Translations under genes and position numbers: made by a program
In this document: positions 26,832 to 38,134 of the stretch, piece after piece
Numbering within the stretch: position 1 is the first letter of the stretch
Layout of the letters: each line of letters begins with the position of its first letter
The notes under the pieces: model-generated
Databases searched by the model: none
What the model was told of the DNA's origin: nothing
Seen by the model: only the letters and a program-made list of their open reading frames with translations
Source: Thermotogota bacterium
GTDB lineage: Bacteria; Thermotogota; Thermotogae; MWEM01
NCBI GenBank assembly: GCA_036743375.1
Contig: DAINPP010000001.1
Location: forward strand, 80,154 to 144,153
DNA: 64,000 nt
Direction of reading: 5' to 3'

Positions 26832-28358
26832 TTATTTTAATATATATTGAACAGCTTCAGGGATCAATTCACAGATATCCGAAGGTAAAAAACTCCCAAT
26901 ATACTTTTCCCCCGAATAAATCTCCGCCGTTAATCCATGGATATATACACCTATACAGGTTGCAATCTCCCCGCATAGGCCCTGAGCAAGAAAAGTACCT
27001 ATCATCCCTGAAAGTACATCGCCACTTCCACCGGTTGCCAGTCCGTTATTCCCCATGGTGTTTATAAATATCTTTTTTTCAGGCGTACAGATCGTTGTCG
27101 TAGAATCCTTCAAAACAATGGTCGCATTACATTCTACGGAATATTGCTGAAGGACGGTTATTCTATCTCTTATTATCCGTTCGACAGAGAATCCCGTAAG
27201 TCTGGAAAATTCTTTCATATGCGGAGTCATAATCGTTTGAGTATTTCTCCCCCTTAGGATTCGGGCAGCCGAATTATCTGAAACGGCAAACAAGGCATCC
27301 GCATCTATCAATACGGGTTTACTATAATCCGAGAGAAACCTCTTTACAAATCCAATCGTCGATTCATCTCTCCCGAGTCCTGGGCCAATAACCGCTGCAT
27401 CATAGGCCTCCGCCTCCCGTAAAAGTATTTCGTAATTCGTCAGATCATGGTGATGATGTCCGGTTATATCCGTTTCGATTATCATTTCAGGAGAATACAT
27501 ATGACAGGGTTCATCATACTTTGGAATAATCCCTTTGATAAGTCCAATTCCCGTTTTTAATGCGGCTTTCATCGATAACACAGGTGCACCCTTATAGCTT
27601 TCACTTCCCCCGATTACGCATAATTTGCCAAAGGTTCCTTTATGCCCCCATTTGCTTCTATGCGGGATGATGTTTGAAATAAAGGTCTGATCAAGAAGAT
27701 ATTTATTCTCCCAACCAACAGATTCGGGAACGTTGGAGTTGATACCTATATAAGTACAGTCCATCTGACCGACATAATCTCTTGCCGGATAATACAGCAT
27801 CCCGGTTTTCGGAAAGGCAAACGTCACCGTTACATCCGCTTTAAAAGGATTTTCAGCGAACAGAAGCCCCGTTCGGGCATCTATCCCCGTTGGAACATCA
27901 ACGGCAATCCTTTTCGCGTTTGATTCGTTTAGTTTTTTCAACAGTCGGTCAATGGAACCGGGAACCATTCTGTTCAACCCCGTACCAAATACTGCATCTA
28001 TGATTATTTCATACGAATCAAAATTTATGGTATCATCCGGCATTCCGGAATGTATACAACAGGAGGTTTTACTTAAGAGATTCATCTCGGCATTTGCATC
28101 TTCCGTTAATCCCGAAAGTCCTAGAATCATGAATAACTCGCAGTGACATCCCAGATCTTGCAATTCTCTTGCAATCGCAAGACCGTCCCCGCCGTTATTC
28201 CCGGACCCACATAAAATCAATACATTTTCCGGAACATGTCTCAACCAACGGATTATGGATTCACAGACTGAATGAGCGGCTTTCTCCATCAAAACGATTG
28301 ATGGAATACCGATGTTCTGAATGGAATACTGATCACATTTTCTCATTTCATCCGGCAT
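26832..28358 (-). CDS. nnr: Bifunctional NAD(P)H-hydrate repair enzyme Nnr (epimerase/dehydratase, YjeF N+C)
   Basis: N-terminal YjeF_N (LILCGSGNNGGDGLAIAREL) and C-terminal carbohydrate-kinase-like domain (GPGLG, GGSGDVLSG). Confidence 0.85.
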   Translation of the reverse strand: MPDEMRKCDQYSIQNIGIPSIVLMEKAAHSVCESIIRWLRHVPENVLILCGSGNNGGDGLAIARELQDLGCHCELFMILGLSGLTEDANAEMNLLSKTSCCIHSGMPDDTINFDSYEIIIDAVFGTGLNRMVPGSIDRLLKKLNESNAKRIAVDVPTGIDARTGLLFAENPFKADVTVTFAFPKTGMLYYPARDYVGQMDCTYIGINSNVPESVGWENKYLLDQTFISNIIPHRSKWGHKGTFGKLCVIGGSESYKGAPVLSMKAALKTGIGLIKGIIPKYDEPCHMYSPEMIIETDITGHHHHDLTNYEILLREAEAYDAAVIGPGLGRDESTIGFVKRFLSDYSKPVLIDADALFAVSDNSAARILRGRNTQTIMTPHMKEFSRLTGFSVERIIRDRITVLQQYSVECNATIVLKDSTTTICTPEKKIFINTMGNNGLATGGSGDVLSGMIGTFLAQGLCGEIATCIGVYIHGLTAEIYSGEKYIGSFLPSDICELIPEAVQYILK

Positions 28359-28381
28359 TAATACTTTTATACAAAATCACC

Positions 28382-30898
28382 TCAAAACATTCTGATTTGC
28401 TGATTTTTCTTTTTATCTATCTTTGTTTTCCGGGTTTTTTTCTTGATGTTCTCCATCTGTTGAAGTCCCAGAACCCTGACCTTTTCATCAAGGTTCTTTT
28501 CAGTTGTGATTGTTTCAAGGACATCATAGGCTCTATTGACAACATTTTCAGGTAATCCGGCTATTTTAGCCACTTCTATCCCATAACTTCTTGATGAAAT
28601 ACCTTCTCCCACTTTATGAAGGAAAACAACTTCATTATCTTCCTCAAGCACCTTTACACACATATTACTCATACCCTCATAGACGTTAGCGAGCTCCGTT
28701 AATTCATTATAATGTGTTGCAAAAACAGAATAAGATTGGATGGTATTATACAGATATTCCGAAACAACCCATGCAATGCTTATACCGTCATAGGTACTCG
28801 TTCCCCTTCCAACTTCATCAAGTATAACAAGTGATTCGTCCGTTGCGTTGTTGAGTATGGTCGCAGTTTCAGACATTTCCACCAGAAAGGTACTTTTTCC
28901 CGATGTCAGATCATCCCTTGCACCAATTCGGGTGAAAATCCTGTCAAGTACGGGAAGATTAACGGAAGTTGCAGGAACATAAGAACCAATCTGTGCTAAA
29001 AGAGAAATTAAGGCAATTTGTCTGAGATAGGTAGACTTACCGGACATATTCGGTCCGGTTAAAATGACAAAGTTGTGCTTCTCATCCATGAATAGATCAT
29101 TCGGGATAAACTGTCCGGTCAATGATTTACTTCTTGAAAAACTCCATTCCACGAGCGGATGTCTGCCTTCCTTGATAAAAAATATTCCGTCATCGTTGAA
29201 TTCGGGTTCACAGTAATTGTTTTCACGCGCCGTTTTAGCCAAAGATAAAAACGCATCAAGACAAGCCAGAGATACCGCATTTAACTTCAATTGCGGAATA
29301 AATCTCACCGTCTCTTCAACAAGCTGCCTGAACAATTCTCTTTCTATCGAGTCAACCATTTCAGCGGCATTATTGAGTTTTTCTTCTATCGGCTTAAGTG
29401 CATCACTGATGTATCTCTCACTGGAGACAAGTGTTTGCTTCCGAATATAATCATCCGGTATTTTGGCTGTCTGTGCCTTCGATACTTCTATGTAATAACC
29501 AAAGATCTTATTCTTTCTGATCTTCAATCCGGAAATCCCGGTCCTGTTTCTTTCGTACTCTTCAAGTTCCTTCAACTTCCTACCACTTCCGTAAAGCAGT
29601 TCACGATACTCATCGAGCCGCTCGGAATATCCATCGTTAATCGTCTTCCCCAATCCGATCTGATTATCCGGCTCCTCTTTTAAGGCAGCTTCTAATAAAG
29701 AAACCAGTTCATCTATCGGATCAAGATCGGTAATAATATCTGAAAAGACAGGTTCATTTGACAAAGAATCGATAATCTGAGGGATCTTTTTAAGTGTGGT
29801 TTTCAGTGAAACAAAATCAGCCGGAGTAATCTTTTTATAGGATAATCTCGAAATAATCCGTTCGATGTCGTAGACCTCATTCAGATATTCACCAATTTCC
29901 TCAGAAAGGAACGGGTTGTCAAAAAAGATTCTGACATGATCAAGTCTTTCTTTTATTTCACTCTCGTCTCTCAGAGGAGAAAGCAACCAGTCTTTCAATT
30001 TCCGACTACCCAGAGAGGTAGATGTATTGTTGATAACGTCAAAAAGAGAGTAAGCGGATTTATCCCCCCTCTTTGAAATCAATTCTAGATTTTCGACTGT
30101 TATATTGTCAAGTATCATTCTATTGGAAGTATCCATAAACACAGGCCTGCTAAGGTGTTCAAAGGCATCCATATGCTGAAAATCAAGGTATTTCAAGGTT
30201 GCTCCGAAAACCGCACAGGCTTCATCGGATAGTTCAAGAAAACTGAGATCTTTTACATTAAAGACCCTTTTCATCTGTGAGACGGCTTCATCGTTGTTAT
30301 AGTACCACCCGGGAAGCGATTCGGTGTACAGCCCCTTGAGATATGTCTTTAAGACATTGATGTTTTCTCTAAACTGAAAATTCTCCGGAAAGAGCAACTG
30401 AACGATATCAAACTTTCTGATGATATCTTCCACTTCTTTCCAGTCATTCTTTTTGAATATCATGGAATAACCTGTAGTTATATCAAGTAAAACACAATAA
30501 AATTCATTTGCCTTGCTTACTGATGCCAAATAACTGTTCTGACTTTCAACAAGCATAGAATCTTCTACCACAGTTCCGGGAGTAACCACACGGGTTACTT
30601 CTCTTCTGACGATTCCCTTGGCTTCACTCGGATCTTCAACCTGATCACAGATGGCTATTTTTAAACCGGCTTCCACCAACTTCTTGAGATAATTATCCAA
30701 TGCATGATGCGGAATGCCCGCCATCTCATTTCCATTTCTATGAGTCAGTACAAGCTGTAATACTTTAGCTATCTTCTTAGCATCATCAAAAAAAGCCTCA
30801 TAAAAATCTCCAAGTCTGAACAATAATACCGCATCTTCATATTTCGATTTTATCGACAAATACTGCTGCATCATTGGAGTCAGCTTTTTTTCATCCAA
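28382..30898 (-). CDS. mutS: DNA mismatch repair protein MutS
   Basis: N-terminal mismatch-binding domain (TPMMQQYLSIKSKYEDAVLLFRLGDFYEAF), Walker A GPNMSGKST, and C-terminal HTH-like tail. Confidence 0.95.
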   Translation of the reverse strand: MDEKKLTPMMQQYLSIKSKYEDAVLLFRLGDFYEAFFDDAKKIAKVLQLVLTHRNGNEMAGIPHHALDNYLKKLVEAGLKIAICDQVEDPSEAKGIVRREVTRVVTPGTVVEDSMLVESQNSYLASVSKANEFYCVLLDITTGYSMIFKKNDWKEVEDIIRKFDIVQLLFPENFQFRENINVLKTYLKGLYTESLPGWYYNNDEAVSQMKRVFNVKDLSFLELSDEACAVFGATLKYLDFQHMDAFEHLSRPVFMDTSNRMILDNITVENLELISKRGDKSAYSLFDVINNTSTSLGSRKLKDWLLSPLRDESEIKERLDHVRIFFDNPFLSEEIGEYLNEVYDIERIISRLSYKKITPADFVSLKTTLKKIPQIIDSLSNEPVFSDIITDLDPIDELVSLLEAALKEEPDNQIGLGKTINDGYSERLDEYRELLYGSGRKLKELEEYERNRTGISGLKIRKNKIFGYYIEVSKAQTAKIPDDYIRKQTLVSSERYISDALKPIEEKLNNAAEMVDSIERELFRQLVEETVRFIPQLKLNAVSLACLDAFLSLAKTARENNYCEPEFNDDGIFFIKEGRHPLVEWSFSRSKSLTGQFIPNDLFMDEKHNFVILTGPNMSGKSTYLRQIALISLLAQIGSYVPATSVNLPVLDRIFTRIGARDDLTSGKSTFLVEMSETATILNNATDESLVILDEVGRGTSTYDGISIAWVVSEYLYNTIQSYSVFATHYNELTELANVYEGMSNMCVKVLEEDNEVVFLHKVGEGISSRSYGIEVAKIAGLPENVVNRAYDVLETITTEKNLDEKVRVLGLQQMENIKKKTRKTKIDKKKNQQIRMF

Positions 30899-32215
30899 TC
30901 AAATCACCTCACCATAAAGCGGTCCGGCAGAAACACGGTTTATTTTAATCGTTTTCCATTCCCCTATCTCTGATTGATCCGACTCAAAAATCACTATCTT
31001 ATTCCTATCCGTTCTCCCATAAAGAAGATGTGGCTTTCTCGGAAGGGCAGCTTCTGCAATAACTTCTACGATCTTATCCTGATAGATTTCATTAAATACC
31101 TTATTCATATTTTTCTGAATATCCAGCAGGTTGTTAAGTCTCTTTTTCTTCAGTTCAAGCGGAACATCATCCGGAAGGTTTTTATAGGCAACGGTTCCCT
31201 CACGCTCGGAATAGATCGCCAGATTAACCTTTTCAAAACCTACCTCCCTGACAAGATTCACCGTATCCAGATAATCTTCTTCAGTTTCTCCGGGAAATCC
31301 GATGATGATATCGCTGGTCAGCGAAACCTCGGGAAATCCCTTCTTTATCCTATTAACCAGTGCAAGATAATCTTCTCTTGTATACCTCCGATTCATTGCC
31401 TTTAATATCCTATTACTGCCCGATTGAACGGGAAGATGGATATTTTTGGCAAATTTATCCGAAGAGGCCAGCACTTCTATCACTTCATCCGAAAAATCAG
31501 AAGGATACGAAGTTAAAAACCAGATTCTCTGTAAGCCGTCTATTTTCGACACTTCCCGTAAAAGATTGGCAAAATTGACTTTTTCATCATCCACATCAAG
31601 GCCATAAGAATCAACATTCTGACCGAGCAATGTTATCTCTTTGTATCCCTTTCCGGCAAGCTCATCGCATTCTCGAATAATATCATCGAATGGTCGACTC
31701 AATTCTCTTCCACGTGTATAGGGCACGATACAATAGGTACAGAATTTGTTGCATCCATAGGCAATTGTTACATAGGCATGATGAGAACTATCCCTTATGA
31801 TCGGCGTGTCGTAACTGATTTCATCAATATAATCGTCAAACGCCAAAAATCTTTCGCCTTTCTTGGCCCTTATTGCATGTTCCTCAATTCTGGTTATCGC
31901 CCTTGTACCAAAAACAAAATCAACTCCCTGACGACGCAAAAGCATTTTCCTCTCTTTTTCCGCCGCACAACCGCAAACACCAACTTTAATCTTTTTACCT
32001 TCTTCTATCTTCATTTTGTTCAATCGGCCAATGAAGGCATATGCCTTTTCTTCCGATTTCTGCCTGACCGCACATGTGTTAACGATTATTATTTCCGCCT
32101 CTTCAAGCTCGGAAATTTCATGACCTTTCCGTACGAGAATCCCCTTCATTATCTCAGAGTCATTGACGTTCATCTGACATCCGTATGTTTCAAAATAAAA
32201 TTTCAATTGGTTCAT
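30899..32215 (-). CDS. miaB: tRNA methylthiotransferase MiaB (radical SAM + TRAM)
   Basis: N-terminal MTTase cysteines (YFETYGCQMNVNDSE), radical-SAM CTYCIVP, and C-terminal TRAM. Confidence 0.85.
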   Translation of the reverse strand: MNQLKFYFETYGCQMNVNDSEIMKGILVRKGHEISELEEAEIIIVNTCAVRQKSEEKAYAFIGRLNKMKIEEGKKIKVGVCGCAAEKERKMLLRRQGVDFVFGTRAITRIEEHAIRAKKGERFLAFDDYIDEISYDTPIIRDSSHHAYVTIAYGCNKFCTYCIVPYTRGRELSRPFDDIIRECDELAGKGYKEITLLGQNVDSYGLDVDDEKVNFANLLREVSKIDGLQRIWFLTSYPSDFSDEVIEVLASSDKFAKNIHLPVQSGSNRILKAMNRRYTREDYLALVNRIKKGFPEVSLTSDIIIGFPGETEEDYLDTVNLVREVGFEKVNLAIYSEREGTVAYKNLPDDVPLELKKKRLNNLLDIQKNMNKVFNEIYQDKIVEVIAEAALPRKPHLLYGRTDRNKIVIFESDQSEIGEWKTIKINRVSAGPLYGEVI

Positions 32216-32227
32216 CCACCCTTTCTA

Positions 32228-33079
32228 TTATCTGTACTTTTCCATCGAGACCTGATACATGATTATCGAAGTTGACACGGCAACATTCAGAGAATCACAG
32301 GATCCCCTCATCGGTATTTTTATTCGCTTATCATCATAATTATACCATTCTCCGGTAATACCATATCTTTCACTTCCAGCAACAATTGCAATGTTTCCAC
32401 TGTAATTCGTCTGATCATAATCAACCTCTGCATCGGTATCCGTTAAGACTATTTTTACATCATTCTCCTTTAGCCATTCGATTGCCGTACTGACCTCACA
32501 TTCGATAACCGGTATACTAAATACGGCTCCCTGACTTCCTTTTATGACCTTGGGATGTGTCAGACGGGCACGCCTGTTGCAGATAATCACACCTCTTATA
32601 CCTGCTCCGTCACAACTTCTGAAAATAGTTCCTATATTTCCCGGGATTTCCACGCCATCAAGTACGATATATATCGAATTACCGTCCGGTTTCATATCTG
32701 CAAATTCATAAGCGGGCATTTCACAAACAGCGAGTATTCCATCGGGTTTTTTATATTCACTGATCCTTGCAAACACTTTATCGGAACAGATACATCTGTC
32801 AAATTCTTCAGATTTTGAGATGAGCTTTTCTGCAAGAATCTCAGAATTATCCGATAAGAACAACTCCGGTGAAAATAATACCGCATCAAAATTCAACCCT
32901 TTTTCCAGACATTTCTCTACTCCCCAAAATCCTTCAACGACAATTAAATTCCGTGGATTTGATTTGGTATTTTTTATAATCGACTGAACCTGCTTGATCC
33001 TCGGATGTTTTATTCCGGCAAATTTTAATTTCCCGGAATGTTTTTCCATAAACTGATTTCTCTTTTCTTCTGAATTCAT
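32228..33079 (-). CDS. TrmH/SpoU-family RNA 2'-O-methyltransferase
   Basis: SPOUT motifs (VLDGVEIPGNIGTIFRSCDGAG, LNVAVSTSIIMY). Confidence 0.75.
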   Translation of the reverse strand: MNSEEKRNQFMEKHSGKLKFAGIKHPRIKQVQSIIKNTKSNPRNLIVVEGFWGVEKCLEKGLNFDAVLFSPELFLSDNSEILAEKLISKSEEFDRCICSDKVFARISEYKKPDGILAVCEMPAYEFADMKPDGNSIYIVLDGVEIPGNIGTIFRSCDGAGIRGVIICNRRARLTHPKVIKGSQGAVFSIPVIECEVSTAIEWLKENDVKIVLTDTDAEVDYDQTNYSGNIAIVAGSERYGITGEWYNYDDKRIKIPMRGSCDSLNVAVSTSIIMYQVSMEKYR

Positions 33080-33082
33080 ATT

Positions 33083-34321
33083 TTACCCCTTAACCTTGAG
33101 AAGTTTCTTTGGGGAGATGACCGTATGAACCAAATCATGTCCCGGAAAATACGGAATAAATTTAAAATCCGGTATATTCCATAGAACAACAGAGGCCTGT
33201 TTTCCATTTTCAATACTACCATACTCATTCGCCAATCCTATCGCTGACGCCGCATTCAATGTCATCGCGGTTAAGATTTCTTCAGGAGACATTTTCAGTT
33301 TCGATGATGCGAGATGAGCGATAAATCCCGGATCATTAATTGTACAGGATCCTGGATTAAAATCACTGGCAAGCGCAACGGCTGCACCCGAATCAATCAA
33401 TGCCCTGGCAGGAGCAAAAGGTTTGCCGAGAAAGAAACTGGTTCCAGGCAGTAAAGTTGCAACAGTATCACTATCAGAAATAGCAGAAATGGCCTCCTCA
33501 CCAATTTGAATCAGATGATCAGCGGACTGTGCGTGATACTTAGCAGCCAATCGGCTTGCTCCTATATCTTTTATTTCATCCGCATGCATTTTGATTCTGA
33601 ATCCTTTTTCTATGGCTGACTGAATATATCTTTCACTCTGCAAAATATCAAAGACCCCTTCTTCACAAAAAACATCGACAAAGATATCCGTTCCAAACTC
33701 CCCTTTTATTGCATCAAGCATCGTTTCGATAATCTCATCCATGAATGACGAATACTCTTTAAATTCAGGGGCCAAAGCATGAGGACCAAGAAATGTCTTT
33801 ACAATTTTCTGCGGACTTTTTTCCTCAAGTATTTTTAATACTCTTAACTGTTTCAACTCTGATTCTGTATCAAGCCCGTAACCACTTTTACCCTCGAATA
33901 CGGTTACACCCCTTTTAAACAGCTCATCGCTAAACTTAAGGTTAAAAGCAACCATTTCTTCTATCGTTGCTTTTCTGACCGCCTGCGTCGTATTGACTAT
34001 GCCACCGCCAGATTTCATTATTTCCATATATGTGGCCCCCTGCTGCCTCATAAAGTATTCATCATATCTGAATCCATAAAATGGTATATGTGTATGTGGA
34101 TCTATCAGCCCGGGAGTGGCCGTTAACCCTTCAGCATTGATAACCTCCCCACAATAGCCTTCCGGAATTTGGATATTCTTGTCTACTCTTTTTATCAGTG
34201 AATTTTCTATCAGAATATCAGTATTTTCATATAGCCGTATCTCTTTCATCTTTGCACTTTTTTTCATTTTTTCCCCTGAAGGTGTGGCAATCTGTTTAAT
34301 ATTCTTAATCAGTAAATCCAT
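33083..34321 (-). CDS. hutI: Imidazolonepropionase-like amidohydrolase
   Basis: GLIDPHTHIPF metal-binding start and an HutI-like length and pattern. No other hut genes nearby, so a broader amidohydrolase role is possible. Confidence 0.7.
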   Translation of the reverse strand: MDLLIKNIKQIATPSGEKMKKSAKMKEIRLYENTDILIENSLIKRVDKNIQIPEGYCGEVINAEGLTATPGLIDPHTHIPFYGFRYDEYFMRQQGATYMEIMKSGGGIVNTTQAVRKATIEEMVAFNLKFSDELFKRGVTVFEGKSGYGLDTESELKQLRVLKILEEKSPQKIVKTFLGPHALAPEFKEYSSFMDEIIETMLDAIKGEFGTDIFVDVFCEEGVFDILQSERYIQSAIEKGFRIKMHADEIKDIGASRLAAKYHAQSADHLIQIGEEAISAISDSDTVATLLPGTSFFLGKPFAPARALIDSGAAVALASDFNPGSCTINDPGFIAHLASSKLKMSPEEILTAMTLNAASAIGLANEYGSIENGKQASVVLWNIPDFKFIPYFPGHDLVHTVISPKKLLKVKG

Positions 34322-34396
34322 TATTTGTCATCCCCTTTTCTATCATTTCAACATATTATATCAAATCTGTATTTTCAGAAAATAAAAAAAGATATA

Positions 34397-34405
34397 TGCT
34401 ATAAT
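34397..34405 (+). promoter_or_regulatory. Extended -10 (TGCTATAAT) upstream of the MCP gene
   Basis: TGnTATAAT about 45 nt before the start. GGGGAGG RBS. Confidence 0.45.
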
Positions 34406-34453
34406 TCAAGTGAATCCTAAGTTTTCTTAATTTATTTTTACGGGGAGGCATTT

Positions 34454-36481
34454 ATGTTCAAATCATTCAGTCTATACACGAGAATATTGATAGGTTTTGC
34501 AGTGATTACAATTCTTCTACTGCTTATTTCTGTTTTGACATTAACCGCGATAAACAGCAGCTTGAACAGTTTCAACGAATATAGTGAGACTGTAGGTGTT
34601 CTTGAAGTGGCAACGGATATAGAAAAAGAAATATTAACATCTATGATGCTTAGTCAGGAGTATCTCGAATCCAATGATGAAGGGGTTGCTACACAATTTA
34701 CCGCTACCATCAACGAAGTCAAACAGAATATCAGTGAATTGAGACAAATCTCACAGAATTCCGAGATAACCGATAAAGGCGGTATCATACTCGACAATAT
34801 CGATTCTTTTGATAACGCATTTAAAAGTATTGTGGAATATACAAACAAACAGAACGAACTCGTCAACAATTTTATCATGCCGTACGGAGATAAAATAGAG
34901 GAACAGTTGACGGGATTGATGGATGATGCTTTCGGAAACGGAGATACACTGGCTTCCTTTGGATCGGGTCAGGCTGTTAAAAACATTCTCAGAACCAGAA
35001 ACGCAATTTTTAGGTTACTTAATACAAGGAATCTTGAGATGACGGAGACCATCAACGAAGAGATTACGTTAACCGAAGAGAGCATCTCTTTCCTTGATCA
35101 AATGATTACTAATCTTACAATGAGACATTATGTTGATGATACGAAAGATGATTTTGAGATTATGAGGGACAATTATGTAGAATTGGAAAGTTCTATGAAA
35201 GAAAGAGAAGATGTGACCATTCAGTTCAATCATCTTCAGGAAACCATCTTTGAGAACACGGAAGATTTAAGGGAAAGTATTTATCAGATACAAATTGAAG
35301 TTGGAAGTAGTATAGAAGAGCAGAACAGAACGATAAAGACAGTTGTTATCATTCTCATGTTAGGTTCTGTGGCATTGAGTCTGATCGTCTCATTTATCGT
35401 GGCAAAGAGTATCATTAAACCAATTGCCATGCTTGAAGCCACCATCAAGAAATTTGGGGAAGGAGATCTGACACAGGATTTCAGTATGAAGGGGAAGAAC
35501 GAAGTCGTCCGTATGGCAGATATTCTTCAGGATATGGCAAATTCTCTGAGACACTCTATCTCTTCGATTCACGAAGCGGTAGACCAGATTAACAACTCAT
35601 CTGAAAACCTGAATGTCATTGCACAGGAAGCCAATGAAAATTCAGAAACACTCTCAAGGGAAAGCACTGTGATCGAAGACAGTATTATCAGCACCACTTC
35701 TTCATTAGAAGAAACAAATGCCGGTATCGCTGAGATAGCAAATTCATCACAGAATGTTGCCAGAGTCGCTCAGGACCTCGCAGAAGATACGGAAAGCGCT
35801 GAAAGAAAAACAAAAGACGGAAATCAAATCGTTTCAGATATGCTTTTAAGTATGAAAAATGTCAGCAATCAAAGTCGGGAAACGACAGAAATCGTAGCAG
35901 ATCTATCCGGAAATGCCAAAAATGTTGGAGAAATTGTTGAAACGATCTCTTCTATCGCGGAACAAACCAATCTTCTTGCCCTGAATGCTGCTATAGAAGC
36001 GGCACGAGCAGGAGAAGCCGGTAAAGGGTTTGCCGTGGTAGCCGATGAAATCAGAAAACTGGCGGAAGAGAGCCGAAAGGCAACGGAAACGATCGATTCC
36101 ATACTGAAGGAGATTCAGAAGGGAACGTCCATGGTACAGAAGGCAAGCGAGAAGAATGTGAATTATGTAGATTCGCTGACAGATAATGCCCGAAACGTGG
36201 AAAATGCCTTTTCTGTTATTCTCGAAAGTATAGAACACATCTCAAATTCTGTTGAAGATCTTGCAGGTTCTGCAGAGGAACAAAGTGCTTCAACACTTGA
36301 AATTACGAGAGCCGTTGAGGTCTCAACAAACAGCATGAGTCAAATTTCTAACGAGATAAAGATACTCTCAGACAGCGCTGAAAAACAAGCCTCTAATTCA
36401 GAAAATATAAGTTCATTAGTGGCTGAACTCTATGCCATGGGCGAATCACTTGAAGAGCAGCTAAAACACTTCAAGTATTAA
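34454..36481 (+). CDS. Methyl-accepting chemotaxis protein
   Basis: Two TM helices flank a periplasmic sensor domain of about 280 aa. HAMP domain, then a full MCP signalling domain with tip motif [38 protein letters not shown]. Confidence 0.9.
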   Translation: MFKSFSLYTRILIGFAVITILLLLISVLTLTAINSSLNSFNEYSETVGVLEVATDIEKEILTSMMLSQEYLESNDEGVATQFTATINEVKQNISELRQISQNSEITDKGGIILDNIDSFDNAFKSIVEYTNKQNELVNNFIMPYGDKIEEQLTGLMDDAFGNGDTLASFGSGQAVKNILRTRNAIFRLLNTRNLEMTETINEEITLTEESISFLDQMITNLTMRHYVDDTKDDFEIMRDNYVELESSMKEREDVTIQFNHLQETIFENTEDLRESIYQIQIEVGSSIEEQNRTIKTVVIILMLGSVALSLIVSFIVAKSIIKPIAMLEATIKKFGEGDLTQDFSMKGKNEVVRMADILQDMANSLRHSISSIHEAVDQINNSSENLNVIAQEANENSETLSRESTVIEDSIISTTSSLEETNAGIAEIANSSQNVARVAQDLAEDTESAERKTKDGNQIVSDMLLSMKNVSNQSRETTEIVADLSGNAKNVGEIVETISSIAEQTNLLALNAAIEAARAGEAGKGFAVVADEIRKLAEESRKATETIDSILKEIQKGTSMVQKASEKNVNYVDSLTDNARNVENAFSVILESIEHISNSVEDLAGSAEEQSASTLEITRAVEVSTNSMSQISNEIKILSDSAEKQASNSENISSLVAELYAMGESLEEQLKHFKY

Positions 36482-36531
36482 GGTGTTTCATCATCTTTAA
36501 ACCAAAGTTTTTTAAGGCATATATCCCTGCA

Positions 36532-38031
36532 ATGATCATTGCAGGGATTGCTTTATGTCTCATGTTTCTTTCAGTCAACCTGTTACTTGAGGAAAATTCC
36601 CGAAAGGCCAACCTAAAACGAGAAACTGAGATTTTATCCCAATATGAAAGCTGGATGGATTCAAAGCTTGACATTTTATTATCCGACAGCCGTTTATCTG
36701 ATATCCTGTCGATCATGGATCAGACAGATGATTTAAAAAGCACATTAAAGACCATTCATGCCGATCAGGATGGAATGCTTAAGATGATCGGAAATTCTCT
36801 TTCTACCATGCTTTCTGCTATTTTTGATCTTATGGATTATCAGATGGATTTGATTTCCGATAGAGATTATTCAACAGATTTTTCTCTTTCTCATGTATCT
36901 ATATACAAGATGACTCAGAAACTTTTCATGGAAATCATCTCCGTCAATCTTCAAATCATCACCTCAAGGTTTATCTATTCGGACACTACTCCTGAAGATA
37001 TCCTTCATTCGATAGAAGTAATTACTTCTCAGTCCACTTTATTACAGGAGTCCTTGATGACTTCCGAAGAAGAAAAAATATTCGATCGTTATCGATTAAA
37101 TGAAATGAAGTGGAGAACGAACATAGAAAACCTCCTGAACAATGACGACAGAAAAAGAGAGCTTACGAATGCTATTCATTTTTCGCTTGGAGAAATCTCT
37201 AACCATACCTATCTACCATCGATAATAATGATTTCTATCCTTCTCTCTTTACTTCTTTTTATTCTCGCCATTGTCCTTTTTACGATCAGTCAAAAACAAA
37301 GGAAAACGAATCTGTTGTCTATTACTGAAATGATACAACTTAAGCAAATCAATGCGTCCCTTGAAGAAGAAAACTATCAGTTGAAAATCCAATTGACAGA
37401 AAAGGATACCGATTTAATCAAGATTAACCGAATCATTGAAAAAAAGAATATAGAAGCAGAAGAGGGACGGGCACGACTTTCCACTCTTGAAACAGAAATC
37501 AGAGATTTACAGGCGATAAATGATCAATTAAAAAGTGAAATAGAAGTAGTCGCCAAACAAAAAATACTCAACACGTCAACAGATGATATTGATACCTTTA
37601 TTAAAGCGTTTGACTTTATTTCTGATTCGCTTACATCATTCATTAGAGAATATCATGAGCTTTTTTCAAATACAGAATTATTCTCTGAAGTTCAACAAAT
37701 TGATCAATTGATCTCATACCTTGAAGACTTATTTGGCGAAACACGATTGCTTTCTTTAAATGCGGCGGTTGAATCTGCGCGAGCGGGTGAGAGTGGAAAA
37801 GGATTCGGAATTGTCGCGGATAAGATCCGAGAAATATCGGAAAAAAGTCAGAATTTATCAAAAGATTTAAAGAAAATCCTCCGGTTGCTTACCAGAAGAC
37901 TTGAACATGAAACTCAAAATAAGCGTGATAACATGAGCAAGTTAACGGCTGAATTGGAAGAACTGACTGATTATTCGCAGGAAATGATTAAAACAATCAA
38001 CACGATAAAAAATAAAAATCACCCTTCCTGA
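36532..38031 (+). CDS. MCP-like membrane protein with a truncated signalling domain
   Basis: Hairpin-tip motif RLLSLNAAVESARAGESGKGFGIVADKIREISEKS is present, but only about 150 aa of MCP-like helix overall. Coiled-coil middle and TM segments. Confidence 0.6.
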   Translation: MIIAGIALCLMFLSVNLLLEENSRKANLKRETEILSQYESWMDSKLDILLSDSRLSDILSIMDQTDDLKSTLKTIHADQDGMLKMIGNSLSTMLSAIFDLMDYQMDLISDRDYSTDFSLSHVSIYKMTQKLFMEIISVNLQIITSRFIYSDTTPEDILHSIEVITSQSTLLQESLMTSEEEKIFDRYRLNEMKWRTNIENLLNNDDRKRELTNAIHFSLGEISNHTYLPSIIMISILLSLLLFILAIVLFTISQKQRKTNLLSITEMIQLKQINASLEEENYQLKIQLTEKDTDLIKINRIIEKKNIEAEEGRARLSTLETEIRDLQAINDQLKSEIEVVAKQKILNTSTDDIDTFIKAFDFISDSLTSFIREYHELFSNTELFSEVQQIDQLISYLEDLFGETRLLSLNAAVESARAGESGKGFGIVADKIREISEKSQNLSKDLKKILRLLTRRLEHETQNKRDNMSKLTAELEELTDYSQEMIKTINTIKNKNHPS

Positions 38032-38134
38032 TAGGCTTTTTCAGTAAAACCCGGTATAAGAAGCTTGAATTCCCTTCAGTAATTGATCCTGTCTGATTTT
38101 TTGATTTTCATTCTTCTACATGTAGGAAAGGATG

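Noticed and set aside
28382-30898. MutS2-type (Smr) protein rather than MutS1
   Set aside because: Has the N-terminal mismatch-recognition domain (GDFYEAF) and an 838-aa length typical of MutS1. No Smr domain.
30899-32215. RimO instead of MiaB
   Set aside because: N-terminal YFETYGCQMNVNDSE pattern and C-terminal TRAM arrangement resemble MiaB more than RimO. The family-level call (MTTase) is secure either way.
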